Assembly: GCA_945872435.1 (NCBI GenBank)
Contig: CAMBYP010000002.1
Location: 1-58,754 of the forward strand
DNA length: 58,754 nucleotides
DNA from: an uncultured Mycoplasmatota bacterium
GTDB lineage: Bacteria > Bacillota_I > Bacilli_A > RF39 > UBA660
Direction of reading: 5' to 3'
Shown here: piece by piece, positions 25,404-35,715 of the stretch
Numbering within the stretch: position 1 is the first letter of the stretch
Layout: every line of letters begins with the position of its first letter
The notes under the pieces: generated by a model
What the model saw: only the letters and a program-made list of their open reading frames with translations
The model's database searches: none
Told to the model about the DNA's origin: nothing
Position numbers and translations under genes: made by a program

Positions 25404-26477
25404 ATGAAAAAAAGAGTCATATTATTATTTCTTTTAGTAGTAAGTATTTATCCGAGATTGGTATATGCAATTTCTACAAGTGCAACTTCTAGTATTTTAA
25501 TGGATATGGATTCAAACCGTATTTTATATGAAAACAATATTCATGCTGTTCGTAGTGTAGCAAGCATTTCTAAAATTATGACAGCTACATTAGCAGTAGA
25601 AAGTGGCAAATTAGATAAAACAGTAAAGGTAAATGATGTTGTATTAAAGGCATATGGATCTGGAATTTATATTAAGCCTGGAGAAAAGTTAACATTAAGA
25701 GATTTAGTATATGGGTTAATGTTAAGAAGTGGAAATGATGCAGCTTTGATGATAGCTGATTATGTAGGAAAAGATGTAACAGATTTTGTGAATAAAATGA
25801 ATCAAAAAGCGAAAGAAATAGGTATGAAAAATACAACATTTCATAATCCAAGTGGTTTGGATGAAGAAGATGAAGTGGGAAATTATTCTACCGCATATGA
25901 TATGGCAATTTTAACTAGTTATGCTATGAAAAATAAAGAATATCGAACAATAGTAGGAACAAAAAAATATACTTTGAAAACAAATAAGAATCATTATATT
26001 TGGTATAATAAAAATAAACTATTAACTAATTACAAATATACAACAGGTGGGAAAACAGGCTTTACTAAAAAAGCAAGGAGAACTTTAGTTTCTACAGCTA
26101 GTAAAGATAATTTGAATTTAGTAGTTGTAACCTTAAATGATGGTAATGATTTTCAAGATCATGAAAATTTACATGAATATGGTTTTTCAAATTATAAAGA
26201 GTATCGTTTATTAAAAAAAGGTATCGTAAAAGTAAAAGAAGAAAAATATTATCAAAATGATGTTTTATATATAAAAAATAATATTGATTATTCACTTCGT
26301 GATGATGAAAAACAAAGCGTCCGTTTATCGTTTCAATTTGATAAAAAGAAACAATTAAAAAATAATAGAAAAGTAGGAGAAATTCATGTAAAAGTAGGAG
26401 ATGAAATTGTAAAAAAAGAGCCCTTGTATGTAAAAAAGAAGAATGTTGAAAAGAAAGGATTTTTTCACTTTTGGTAA
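25404..26477 (+). CDS. dacB: D-alanyl-D-alanine carboxypeptidase (S11; sporulation DacB-like)
   Basis: SISK (SxxK), SGND (SxN) and KTGFT (KTG) motifs, signal peptide, and position upstream of spmA-spmB as in B. subtilis. Confidence 0.88.
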   Translation: MKKRVILLFLLVVSIYPRLVYAISTSATSSILMDMDSNRILYENNIHAVRSVASISKIMTATLAVESGKLDKTVKVNDVVLKAYGSGIYIKPGEKLTLRDLVYGLMLRSGNDAALMIADYVGKDVTDFVNKMNQKAKEIGMKNTTFHNPSGLDEEDEVGNYSTAYDMAILTSYAMKNKEYRTIVGTKKYTLKTNKNHYIWYNKNKLLTNYKYTTGGKTGFTKKARRTLVSTASKDNLNLVVVTLNDGNDFQDHENLHEYGFSNYKEYRLLKKGIVKVKEEKYYQNDVLYIKNNIDYSLRDDEKQSVRLSFQFDKKKQLKNNRKVGEIHVKVGDEIVKKEPLYVKKKNVEKKGFFHFW

Positions 26478-27058
26478 ACAAAATATGGGCTCTATTTATT
26501 ATTGGTGGAAGTATCTTTTTTATCATGACAGGAAAATTAGAACTTTTAAATCAAATTTTATTAAATAGTGCAAAAGAATCATTAGATATGATATTAAAAT
26601 TATTTCCGGTTATTGCCTTGTGGTTAGGAATTACGAAAATTGCTTCTGTTTCGGGATTACTTCACAAAATGTCCCAGTTTTTAAGTCCTTTACTTGGTAA
26701 ATTATTTCCTGAAATACCAAAAGGACATGATTCATTAAGTTTAATTACTTCAAATGTGATAGCTAATTTTTTTGGACTAGGAAATGCTGCTACTCCTTTT
26801 GGATTAAAAGCAATGCAAAAGTTACAAGAAATAAATCCTAAAAAAGATACTGCTAGTAGGAGTATGATTACTTTTTTAGTTTTAAATACAAGTGGACTTA
26901 CTTTAATTCCAACAACAATTATTTCATTAAGAATGATGTATCATAGCAAAAATCCTACAGAAATTGTATTAGGGTGTATTTTAGCTACTGTATGTTCTAC
27001 TATTGCTGGATTATTGATGGATCGTTTTCTAGCTAATAAGAGTAGGAGGAAGATATGA
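26471..27058 (+). CDS. spmA: spore maturation protein A
   Basis: Nucleoside-recognition (Gate) membrane protein. TTG start overlaps the dacB stop; dacB-spmA-spmB synteny. Confidence 0.85.
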   Translation: MVNKIWALFIIGGSIFFIMTGKLELLNQILLNSAKESLDMILKLFPVIALWLGITKIASVSGLLHKMSQFLSPLLGKLFPEIPKGHDSLSLITSNVIANFFGLGNAATPFGLKAMQKLQEINPKKDTASRSMITFLVLNTSGLTLIPTTIISLRMMYHSKNPTEIVLGCILATVCSTIAGLLMDRFLANKSRRKI

Positions 27059-27579
27059 TACAACTGATTTCTAATTTTATTATTCCATTTTTTGTTTTAT
27101 CTGTCATTTTGTATGGTGTATTAAAAAAAGTAGATGTATATGATACCTTTGTCGAAGGAACAAAAGAATCATTTGATGTAGTATTAACGATGTTTCCTAC
27201 AATGTTAGCTATGATACTAGGCGTAAATATTTTTATGAAAAGTGGTATTATAGAATTGTTATTTCAAATATTAAAACCATTATTTGAGTTACTTCATGTT
27301 CCATTAGAAATTCTACCTATGGCTATTATGAGACCAATTAGTGGTACTGCTAGTTTAGCAATGTTAAATCAAATTTTTTCAACATATGGACCAGATAGTT
27401 TTTTAGGAAGGTTAGCTTCATTGATTCAAGGTTCTACTGATACAACTTTTTATGTGATTACTTTATATTTCGGAGTGATTGGAATTAAGAAAATTAGATA
27501 TGCTTTATGGGCAGGACTATTTGCAGATTTAATTGGTATTTTGGCAAGTATTTTTCTTGTTGGGATTCTATTCCATTAG
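27055..27579 (+). CDS. spmB: spore maturation protein B
   Basis: Second Gate-domain membrane protein; ATGA overlap with spmA. Confidence 0.85.
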   Translation: MIQLISNFIIPFFVLSVILYGVLKKVDVYDTFVEGTKESFDVVLTMFPTMLAMILGVNIFMKSGIIELLFQILKPLFELLHVPLEILPMAIMRPISGTASLAMLNQIFSTYGPDSFLGRLASLIQGSTDTTFYVITLYFGVIGIKKIRYALWAGLFADLIGILASIFLVGILFH

Positions 27580-27632
27580 TTGTATTTTTTAATATTTTAT
27601 GATATTATCTTTTCAGTAAATGTGGTGATAGT

Positions 27633-28367
27633 ATGGAAAGATTACAAAAAGTAATAGCCAATTCAGGTTATTGTAGTAGAAGAAAAGCGGAAGAAGAAAT
27701 TACTAAAGGTCATGTTACTGTAAATGGACAGATTATTACAGAATTAGGAACAAAAGTAAATGTATCTGATGTAATAGAAATTAATGGTACTGTATTAAAA
27801 AAACAAGATGAAAAAGAATATATCTTGTTTTTCAAACCAAGAGAAGTAGTAACAACTACTCATGATGATAAAGGAAGAAAAACAGTACTAGATTATATTG
27901 ATACTGATCTTCGTATTTATCCAATTGGTAGATTAGACTATGATACAACAGGTTTATTATTACTTACAAATGATGGAGAACTTGCTAATTTATTAATGCA
28001 TCCTAAAACTGAAATTGAAAAAGTTTATGTTGCTAAAATAGAAGGAATACTAACTGGAAAAGAAATTAATAAGTTAAAAAATGGTGTTGTCATCGATGGT
28101 AGAAAAACAAGTAAAGCAAAAGTAAAAGTTCGAAAAGTAGATAAAAAAAACCAAACAAGTATTGTAGAAATTACAATTCATGAAGGACGTAATCATCAAG
28201 TAAAGAAAATGTTTGAAAGAGTAGGTCATACTGTATTAAAACTAAAAAGAGAACGTTTTGCATTTTTGGATTTAAAAGGATTACGTTCTGGAGAATATCG
28301 TTATTTGAATATAAAAGAAGTAAAAAAACTATATGCTATGGCAAACTTTAATAAAAAAAGATTATAA
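27633..28367 (+). CDS. rluB: 23S rRNA pseudouridine synthase, RsuA/RluB family
   Basis: S4 domain (RLQKVIANSGYCSRRKAE) plus GRLDYDTTGLLLLTNDG; follows spmB as in Bacillus. Confidence 0.88.
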   Translation: MERLQKVIANSGYCSRRKAEEEITKGHVTVNGQIITELGTKVNVSDVIEINGTVLKKQDEKEYILFFKPREVVTTTHDDKGRKTVLDYIDTDLRIYPIGRLDYDTTGLLLLTNDGELANLLMHPKTEIEKVYVAKIEGILTGKEINKLKNGVVIDGRKTSKAKVKVRKVDKKNQTSIVEITIHEGRNHQVKKMFERVGHTVLKLKRERFAFLDLKGLRSGEYRYLNIKEVKKLYAMANFNKKRL

Positions 28368-28390
28368 ATGAAATATTTATAATCTTTTTT
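28352..28390. terminator. bidirectional terminator
   Basis: 12-bp stem AAGATTATAAAT/ATTTATAATCTT between an A run and a T run; shared by convergent rluB and the ferredoxin gene. Confidence 0.8.
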
Positions 28391-28589
28391 AATCTTTTTC
28401 TGTTTCTTCTTGAATTGCACCAACTGGACAGATATCAATTGCTTCTTCAGCTTCCTGAGCTTGTTCTTCTGTTAAATTTTCTTTTTCTTTAGCAAGTCCA
28501 TTATCGTCCATTTCGAAACAATCAGGATAGCTACCAAAACATGCCCCACAACCAATACATATATTTTGATCTACTTTTACTTTGTTCAT
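28389..28589 (-). CDS. 4Fe-4S ferredoxin
   Basis: CIGCGAC...C...CP pattern, acidic, 66 aa from MNKVKV behind a GGTGA RBS. Confidence 0.85.
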   Translation of the reverse strand: MNKVKVDQNICIGCGACFGSYPDCFEMDDNGLAKEKENLTEEQAQEAEEAIDICPVGAIQEETEKD

Positions 28590-28691
28590 TTTATCACCAT
28601 TTTCATTATACAAAATTGAGTAATAAAAAACAAGGAAAATAGTTTCAAAAAAAGTCAAATTATGTTATTATAATAATAGCGAGGTGATAAC

Positions 28692-29480
28692 ATGGCAAGC
28701 CGTATGGATCGATATCGTAATCAAGAATTAGAAACAACCGGTATGAGAACGAAAAGAAATGAACATTTATATGCCAGAGTAGAGGCACCTTTAGAGTATT
28801 CTAGTGTTGAAGGAGTAGCTAGAATAGATAATACAAATTCTGTAGATATCAATAAAATTAAAGAATTATTATTAAGAGAAGAAGAGCCAAAAAAGAAACA
28901 TCATTCTAAAATGGAAAAGCAAGAAACATTAGAAGATACAAGCGAACTTGTAACGTTTAATCAATTAGAAGATAAAAATTATGATATTCGTGATATTTTA
29001 AATAAAGCAAAAGATGAAAAAGAAGAAGACGATGATGACAAATATCGTAATTTACAAAATACTGGATATGATATTTTAAAAAATATTCAAGTTCAAAAAA
29101 AGCCAACTGAAATTTCAGATCAAGAATTGAATCATGTAGGAGATACCACTCTTAGTTTATCAATGCTTGATAATTTACAAGATAATGAGGAAGAAGAAAT
29201 TACAGAAACTATGAGCTCAAAAACAATTCGTGATTTGTTGAATGAAGAAACTTCAAAAGAAGAAGATGATGATGACGATGATTTTGAAGAACAAAGAACA
29301 TTAGACAATTCTTTCTTTACTTCTAGTCTTAACTTTAGTGAAGAAGATTTTAATGAATTAAGCGATGAATTAGATGAACCAAAAAAGAAGGAAAATTTAA
29401 TTGTAAAAGTTTTGATTTTTATTATTATGGTTGTACTTACTACGGTAGCAATATTTGTTTTAGCAAATTATTTAAAATAA
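28692..29480 (+). CDS. hypothetical highly acidic protein with a single C-terminal TM anchor
   Basis: 262 aa with D/E runs (EEDDDDK, EEDDDDDDFEE) and terminal LIVKVLIFIIMVVLTTVAIFVLANYL. Confidence 0.7.
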   Translation: MASRMDRYRNQELETTGMRTKRNEHLYARVEAPLEYSSVEGVARIDNTNSVDINKIKELLLREEEPKKKHHSKMEKQETLEDTSELVTFNQLEDKNYDIRDILNKAKDEKEEDDDDKYRNLQNTGYDILKNIQVQKKPTEISDQELNHVGDTTLSLSMLDNLQDNEEEEITETMSSKTIRDLLNEETSKEEDDDDDDFEEQRTLDNSFFTSSLNFSEEDFNELSDELDEPKKKENLIVKVLIFIIMVVLTTVAIFVLANYLK

Positions 29481-29488
29481 AAAAGGGA

Positions 29489-30589
29489 TTATCCCTTTTT
29501 TTTGAATTTTAATATAAAATAAGTACAAGCGGGTAGTATAAAAAAGAAAAATATTAAAAAAGCAGGAAAGTAATTTGTTAAAAAATAAAAACCAATTGTA
29601 TTGTTTGGAAAAATGTAGGTACTAGTAAAAACAATAATAAAACATACAATGATTTCAATGATAAAAAATAATTTATCTTTTTTTAATGAAAAATTTCTTT
29701 TAATACCTTCTGTTACAAAGTAAAGACAAAAAGTGATAGAAATAAAGAAATCAAAGATCCAACGGAATGCTAATGTACTTTCAATTCTTTCTAATACTCC
29801 AACAATATTAACACGTTTTAAAATATGAAATTCTGGATATTGATAAATCATTGTCATTTTAATTCCAAAAACGGCAATAGTGAAAAATAAAGCAGAGAGT
29901 GTAAAAAGATGAATCAAAGCATAACCAATACGCCATGATTGAGTTAAATTTTTTTTATTTCTTTCTTGAATTTGATTTTTTGGTATAATTGTAATTAAAA
30001 ATAAAACAAGTGTACAATAAGAAAAATAATGAAAACTTGAATTGAAAAAAGAGGATAGTGATTGAGTAAAAAGTGGTCTAAAATTATACCAATGTACTTG
30101 TCCTAATAATCCAATAATACTAATTGTGTATAAAATAATAGATAGTAAAAAAAGAATAAGAGATACTCTAGATATTCCCTTTAATCTACGAATTAGTAAA
30201 TAAAAAATAGGAATGATAAACATGATTGCAATAAATAATGGTGGTGTTTGATATAAATATTGTGAAGAAATAAATACAATTAGATTCCAAAAAATAATGG
30301 TTGCTAAAACAAATACAAAACCAATTAAAATGAAATTAATTATTTTTCCTAATTTTTTACCAAAAGTATAAATATTTAATTCAATAATAGAAAAATTAGG
30401 ATTATAATTCATTAAATATTGATATAAAATGAGTGGAATAAAACCAAAAAGAAATCCTGTTATTAATCCAAAAATACTATCTTGTTTGGAAATTTGTACT
30501 AACATTTCCATAGCAAGTCCCATAAAACAAGAACGAATCATAAAATAGGATAAAATGGATACTTGTTCTTTACTTAGTTGTTTTTCCAT
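29489..30589 (-). CDS. spore germinant receptor subunit B (GerAB/GerKB family permease)
   Basis: 366 aa, about 10 TM helices; last gene of the A-C-B operon; RBS AGGAGGG. Confidence 0.85.
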   Translation of the reverse strand: MEKQLSKEQVSILSYFMIRSCFMGLAMEMLVQISKQDSIFGLITGFLFGFIPLILYQYLMNYNPNFSIIELNIYTFGKKLGKIINFILIGFVFVLATIIFWNLIVFISSQYLYQTPPLFIAIMFIIPIFYLLIRRLKGISRVSLILFLLSIILYTISIIGLLGQVHWYNFRPLFTQSLSSFFNSSFHYFSYCTLVLFLITIIPKNQIQERNKKNLTQSWRIGYALIHLFTLSALFFTIAVFGIKMTMIYQYPEFHILKRVNIVGVLERIESTLAFRWIFDFFISITFCLYFVTEGIKRNFSLKKDKLFFIIEIIVCFIIVFTSTYIFPNNTIGFYFLTNYFPAFLIFFFFILPACTYFILKFKKKG

Positions 30590-31778
30590 ACATTTCCCTC
30601 CTTATTGTTTGTTCTAATGATCCCTTTGTTTCTAAATCAATATTTACATTTATATTTAAAGAAAGTGTTTTGTAAATGTCTTTATCCCATTTTGTTTCTA
30701 TTTTTGAAAAATAATTTGGATATTTTTGATAAAATAAGTTTCCAAATCCAAAAATATCACTTTGAAATTTATTTTGTGTTGTTCCAATTGTTTTCTTTAT
30801 TTCTTGTTTTATTTTTTGATTTAGTAATTCATTAATATCTGCAATAATATTTGGATCACTTAAATTAGCATCTGTATTGATTTCATTAATAGCTGCTTTA
30901 GAAGAAAAATTTAAAAATAAAGTAGGTTTTCCTTTTGCAAGAGAAACTTTTTTTGTAATTTTGAAATCAGATAAATGAAATACAATTTGACTGTCTTTAT
31001 ATTTGATACTTTGCATTGCATAGGATGTTCTTTTATTCAAAATATTAATCATTTTACTTTCTTCTTCAGTTACATATCCTAGTAATTCTGCATCTTTAAA
31101 GACTGCCAGAGTACTTAATTTTAATTTAGTTTTTGGATTTGTACTCTCTAAATTAGATTGTTGTTCACCATTTTTTACTTCGCCAATGATTTGTACAGAA
31201 GGAAGAGTGGGGTTAATTCCTGTGGTGAGAAGAGATGCAATGAATTCACTATAAGTTAAATCTGTAGAAATCCCTTGATAAGTAGAAGTATTTTTTAAAT
31301 TCATTGAAATATTTTGTGAAGGAAAAGATTCTAATGGTGTTGTTATTTTTAATACATCTATAGCTTTTGCATCTTTTGCAATTAACACGTAAAAGTTTTT
31401 TCTACTTTCAGGACTACGAATTAAAATATCAGAAATTTTTTCAATTTCATTCTTTGCAATAGATTCATCAATAATAGCGACAGTTAAATGTCCAATATAT
31501 AATTGTTTGGGACTTTCTAAATCAATATCGTAAAAAGCTTCCATAATAGATTTACCACGCCCTTCGTATACAATGGATTGACTTTGTCCTTCTTTACTGC
31601 TGGCTTCTTGTTTTTTAGAATTTGCAATTAAAGTTCCTACAATATATTCTCCATCTTTTTTATCTATACTAAGACCTGTTACAATTGCTAAATTTTCTAA
31701 TTCACGATAGTTATAACATCCTGTGAAACAAGTTAAAATAATAGTTGCAAATAGAACAAAACAAAATTTTTTTTTCAT
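30570..31778 (-). CDS. spore germinant receptor subunit C (Ger(x)C lipoprotein)
   Basis: Lipobox LTCFTGC followed by RELENLAIVTGLSID, the typical GerAC N-terminus. Start set at MKKKF behind GGGAGG. Confidence 0.88.
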   Translation of the reverse strand: MKKKFCFVLFATIILTCFTGCYNYRELENLAIVTGLSIDKKDGEYIVGTLIANSKKQEASSKEGQSQSIVYEGRGKSIMEAFYDIDLESPKQLYIGHLTVAIIDESIAKNEIEKISDILIRSPESRKNFYVLIAKDAKAIDVLKITTPLESFPSQNISMNLKNTSTYQGISTDLTYSEFIASLLTTGINPTLPSVQIIGEVKNGEQQSNLESTNPKTKLKLSTLAVFKDAELLGYVTEEESKMINILNKRTSYAMQSIKYKDSQIVFHLSDFKITKKVSLAKGKPTLFLNFSSKAAINEINTDANLSDPNIIADINELLNQKIKQEIKKTIGTTQNKFQSDIFGFGNLFYQKYPNYFSKIETKWDKDIYKTLSLNINVNIDLETKGSLEQTIRREMYGKTTK

Positions 31779-33241
31779 GATTTTTCCTCCCAATTTAATC
31801 TTGTTTTATTTTTAGTAGTAAAATAGCGTGGTCTTTTTTTAATTTTACTGTTTTCTTGTAATAAGATCGCATCATTTTGCTCTTGATAATATAATGGTGC
31901 AAATGGGGTTAAGTATGGAACACCAAAAGTTTCTAAAGTCGAAAGATGGGTTAGTAATAATATTCCTGCTATTACTACACCGATCATGCCACAAATTGAG
32001 GCAAAGAAAATAAAAATCAATCTCCACCACCTTAATGCATTAATCATATCTATATCTGAAAAAAGAAGTCCAGCAACTGAAGTAATCGCAACAATAATGA
32101 CTGCAAAAGGACTTACAATTCCCGCATTGACTGCAGCATCACCTAGAACTAATCCTCCAACAACGCTAATGGCTGTTCCCATTTTTGTTGGCATTCTAAG
32201 GTCGCATTCTCGTAATAATTCAAAAGTAATTCCTAAAATTAGAATTTCAATTGCAGTTGGGAAAGGAACTCCTTCTCTTTGAACTGCAACACTAATAAAT
32301 AATTTATCGGGTATCATTTCTGGATTATATGTCATAATTGCTATATAAGCAGCTGGAACAAATAAAGTTAAAAATAAACCCAATACTCTTAAAAATCTTG
32401 AAAAATTAACATTTTGTGATTTTTGATAGTAATCATCTGAAGAGTGAATAAAATCAACAAACAAAGTTGGAAAAATCAAAACATATGGTGAATTTTCTAC
32501 AAGTAATACAATTTTTCCTTCTAATAGTGCTCCACACACTAAATCAGGTCTTTCGGTACTAAGCATTTTAGGAAAAGAAGATTTCTGTGAATTTAAAAAA
32601 CTTCTTAAATTTCCACTATCTAAAATTCCATCTATATCAATTTTATTTAATTTTTCTTTTAACTTTTTGACATGATTGTTATCAGCAATATCACTGATAT
32701 AACCAATATTTATTTTTGATTTACTTCTTCTTCCAACTAATAACTCTTCAAAATATAGATTAGGATCTTTAATTCTTTTTCGTATGAGTCCTAAATTCAC
32801 CACAATATTTTCTGTAAAACTATCTTTAGGACCGCGAAGAGATGTTTCTGTTGATGATTCTTGAATACCACGATCTAAGGTGCTTTTTGTTTCTACAACA
32901 ATTGCTTTTCCAATCCCTTCTACTAAAATTGCTGTAAAACCGTTTACAAGATAATAGAATAGTTCAGAATAGGTAGTAACTTCAGCAATAGTTCCATTAT
33001 ATAAAGAATTATATAGTGTGTGAAAAATATCTTTAGAGTTTTTATTTTGCTCTAATAATTCCATAATACTATGAATTAAAATATCACTGATTTTATCATC
33101 ACTACTAACACTTTGTAAAAATAAAATACCAATTTGATGTTGATCTTGTTCTATTTTCCTTTTTTTTATATCACTACTTTTTCCATTCATTTTTTGAATC
33201 GTTAAAAACACTTTATCAATATTTTTTTCAATTTTTTTCAT
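31775..33241 (-). CDS. spore germinant receptor subunit A (GerAA/GerKA family)
   Basis: 488 aa; soluble N-domain plus a C-terminal TM bundle (...PFPTAIEILILGITFELLRE...). TTG start behind AGAGGGA. Confidence 0.88.
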   Translation of the reverse strand: MKKIEKNIDKVFLTIQKMNGKSSDIKKRKIEQDQHQIGILFLQSVSSDDKISDILIHSIMELLEQNKNSKDIFHTLYNSLYNGTIAEVTTYSELFYYLVNGFTAILVEGIGKAIVVETKSTLDRGIQESSTETSLRGPKDSFTENIVVNLGLIRKRIKDPNLYFEELLVGRRSKSKINIGYISDIADNNHVKKLKEKLNKIDIDGILDSGNLRSFLNSQKSSFPKMLSTERPDLVCGALLEGKIVLLVENSPYVLIFPTLFVDFIHSSDDYYQKSQNVNFSRFLRVLGLFLTLFVPAAYIAIMTYNPEMIPDKLFISVAVQREGVPFPTAIEILILGITFELLRECDLRMPTKMGTAISVVGGLVLGDAAVNAGIVSPFAVIIVAITSVAGLLFSDIDMINALRWWRLIFIFFASICGMIGVVIAGILLLTHLSTLETFGVPYLTPFAPLYYQEQNDAILLQENSKIKKRPRYFTTKNKTRLNWEEKS

Positions 33242-33339
33242 ATTATCCCTCTATTTTATTTTGTACTATAATAAAAAAAATATTTCTAAATTAGAAAAAA
33301 AATAAAAAATACATGATACAATAACAATGAGGGATACTT

Positions 33340-34587
33340 ATGGAGAAAAAAATAGAAATTGTTAGATTAGATCATAATGGACGTGGCATTGGTTATTTAG
33401 AAGGAAAAATTACTTTTGTGCCGAATACTCTACCTGGAGAAATAGTTGAAATAGAAACTATCAAGGAAAAGAAAAATTTAATTGAAGCAAAAGTAAAAAA
33501 ATATGTGCTTTGTAGTAAAGATAGAATTGATGTTGAATGTCCATATTATAGCTATTGTGGCGGTTGTAATTTGATGCATTTAGAATATAAAAATCAATTA
33601 AAATATAAAAAAGAAAAAGGAATAGATATATTAAAAAGATTTGGTGGAGTTGACATCAAACAAGATGTCAATATTCTTGAAAGTCCTCATTTTTATTACC
33701 GTAACAAAGTAGTACTTCATGTTAAAAACGGCAAAATAGGATTATATGAAGAAGATAGTCACCATCTAGTAGAAATAGAAAAATGTATGTTATTACATCC
33801 TAAAATTAACGAGTTATTAACAAAATTGAAAACTGTAAATTTTTTAAATTCTGTGGAAAAAATTATGATAAGAGTATTTCAAAATGGAAAAGATTCTCAA
33901 ATCGTATTTTATCCACAGGAAAACATTCCAAAAGAAGAAATTATCCACAGTTTAAAAAATAGTGTTACTTCAATTTATGTGGATAATCAATGCATATATG
34001 GAAATAGCGAAATTTGTGAAAAGATAGGGGATAGGATTTATTCAGTATTGCCGAAGTCGTTTTTTCAAGTCAATTCTATTGCTGTTCAAACTTTATATGA
34101 TGAAGTAAAAAATTATCTAGATCCACAACCAACTGATAAAGTATTAGACCTTTATTGTGGAGCAGGAACAATAGGACTTTACATTGCACCATATGTAAAG
34201 TTTGTGTATGGTATTGAAATTGTAAAGGAAGCTATTGACAGTGCACATAAAAATAAAGAATTAAATAGAATTTCTAATATTCAATTTTTTGTTGGTGATA
34301 CAAAAGAAGTGTTAAAAAAAGAAAATTTAATGGTTAATAAAATCATTGTTGACCCTCCACGTAGTGGATTAGATAGTAAAACAAAAGAATATTTAAAAAC
34401 ATTAAAACCAGAAAAAATTGTATATGTATCATGTAATCCAATTACATTAGCTCGCGATATAAAAGAGTTAAATCATACATATCAATTTAGTAAAATCACA
34501 TTTGTGGATATGTTTCCCAATACTGATCACGTTGAGAGTGTGTGTTTACTAGTTTTAAAAACTAAAAATATGAACGGATGTGAGTAG
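33340..34587 (+). CDS. 23S rRNA (uracil-C5)-methyltransferase, RumA/RlmD family
   Basis: TRAM-like N-terminus, Fe-S Cys cluster CPYYSYCGGCNLMH, SAM motif DLYCGAGTIG, C-terminal DPPRSG...YVSCNP. Confidence 0.88.
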   Translation: MEKKIEIVRLDHNGRGIGYLEGKITFVPNTLPGEIVEIETIKEKKNLIEAKVKKYVLCSKDRIDVECPYYSYCGGCNLMHLEYKNQLKYKKEKGIDILKRFGGVDIKQDVNILESPHFYYRNKVVLHVKNGKIGLYEEDSHHLVEIEKCMLLHPKINELLTKLKTVNFLNSVEKIMIRVFQNGKDSQIVFYPQENIPKEEIIHSLKNSVTSIYVDNQCIYGNSEICEKIGDRIYSVLPKSFFQVNSIAVQTLYDEVKNYLDPQPTDKVLDLYCGAGTIGLYIAPYVKFVYGIEIVKEAIDSAHKNKELNRISNIQFFVGDTKEVLKKENLMVNKIIVDPPRSGLDSKTKEYLKTLKPEKIVYVSCNPITLARDIKELNHTYQFSKITFVDMFPNTDHVESVCLLVLKTKNMNGCE

Positions 34588-34589
34588 CA

Positions 34590-35296
34590 ATGAATGAAGC
34601 ATTGATATTATTCTCTGGAGGAAAAGATTCTTTTCTTTCTACATTAATTATGTTAGATAAAGGTTATAAAGTAAATCTTGTAACTTTTGATAATGGTTGT
34701 GAATTAAAAAGTAAAAATGTATTAATCGGTGCGAAAAGAATACAAAAAAATATGGAATTGACAAAGTTAATATCATCGGTATGAAAAAGACTGATGCCAT
34801 TTTTAGAGAGTGAATCTGTAAATTTTATAATTATGATTTAGAATATATTAATAAACAGTTTGGCAAAATAACAATTTCACAATTTAATTGTTTAGCTTGT
34901 CGTTTATCTATGTATATTTTATCTATAATCATTTGTAAGCAAGAAAATATAAAGTTAGTTGTTGATGGTGCTAGAAAATGTCAGATGTTTGCTATTGAAC
35001 AGGATAAGATGATAAAAGAATTTGAACAATTATTTCAAAATTTTGATTTAGAAATTTCTTTTCCTTTGTTATATGAGACTGATGATTTTTCAATAAAAAA
35101 TAAAATATTAGCACATGGTTTTATTCCTAAAATGAATGAAGTACAATGTTTACTTGGAATGCCAATATTAAATCATCCTATTGATGAAGAAATAATAAAT
35201 GGTTGTTTCAATATTTATCGTAAAGAATTATTCCCAAAAGTCGAAGATATTTTAAAACATTATGAAACTATAAAATTTACAGGTGATTATTTGTAA
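34590..35296 (+). pseudogene. PP-loop (SGGKDS) ATP pyrophosphatase-family gene, disrupted by a 1-nt deletion (A run 34744-34750) and an in-frame TGA (34811-34813)
   Basis: ORFs 34590..34784 and 34910..35296 join in frame 2 as ...KKYGIDKVNIIGMKKTDAIFRE*ICKFYNYDLEYINKQFGKITISQFNCLACRLSMY... Confidence 0.7.
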
Positions 35297-35715
35297 TGGA
35301 TAATAGAAGTAAAAAATTTGTTTTGGTTTCTTTTTGTTTGATGGCCCAAAGTTATCAAGCACAGGGAATTGTTAAATATCAGTGGAAAAGTTCTATAAAA
35401 CCATTTATGCAACTTTTATTAGATAATGATATAAATATTATTCAAATGCCGTGTGCTGAAGCAGAGTTTGGAAATCAGTTAGTAAGAGAACCTAAAGGCA
35501 TTGGCAAATATAATACGAAAGAATTTAATGAACATTGTGAAAATATAGCTTTAAAAGTAGAAAAACAAATTAGACAAATTTTATCTTCTAATTATGAAAT
35601 TATTGCAATACTAGGAATAGAACAGTCTCCTTCTTGTTGTGTAAATTATATATATACAAATCATGGATGGAAAAAAGAAAAGGATTATTTATGGAAAAAT
35701 TATATGAAAAGATAA
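35296..35715 (+). CDS. DUF523/TudS-like 3-Cys protein; probably frameshifted at the 3' end (continuation to 35813 in another frame)
   Basis: VLVSFCL..., MPCAEAEFG...REP and EQSPSCC resemble the three-Cys [4Fe-4S] signature of DUF523. TAATG overlap with the upstream gene. After the A run at 35678-35681, frame 0 reads KGLFMEKLYEKIKDLNIPIIGINRKY... Confidence 0.4.
   Translation: MDNRSKKFVLVSFCLMAQSYQAQGIVKYQWKSSIKPFMQLLLDNDINIIQMPCAEAEFGNQLVREPKGIGKYNTKEFNEHCENIALKVEKQIRQILSSNYEIIAILGIEQSPSCCVNYIYTNHGWKKEKDYLWKNYMKR

Noticed and set aside
34811-34813. In-frame TGA read as Trp (genetic code 4) or selenocysteine
   Set aside because: TGA clearly terminates several well-defined genes here: yfhO at 16203-16205, spmA at 27056-27058, DUF1934 at 46427-46429 and pduL at 53089-53091. 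I saw no SECIS-like hairpin after the codon. I treat it as a nonsense mutation.
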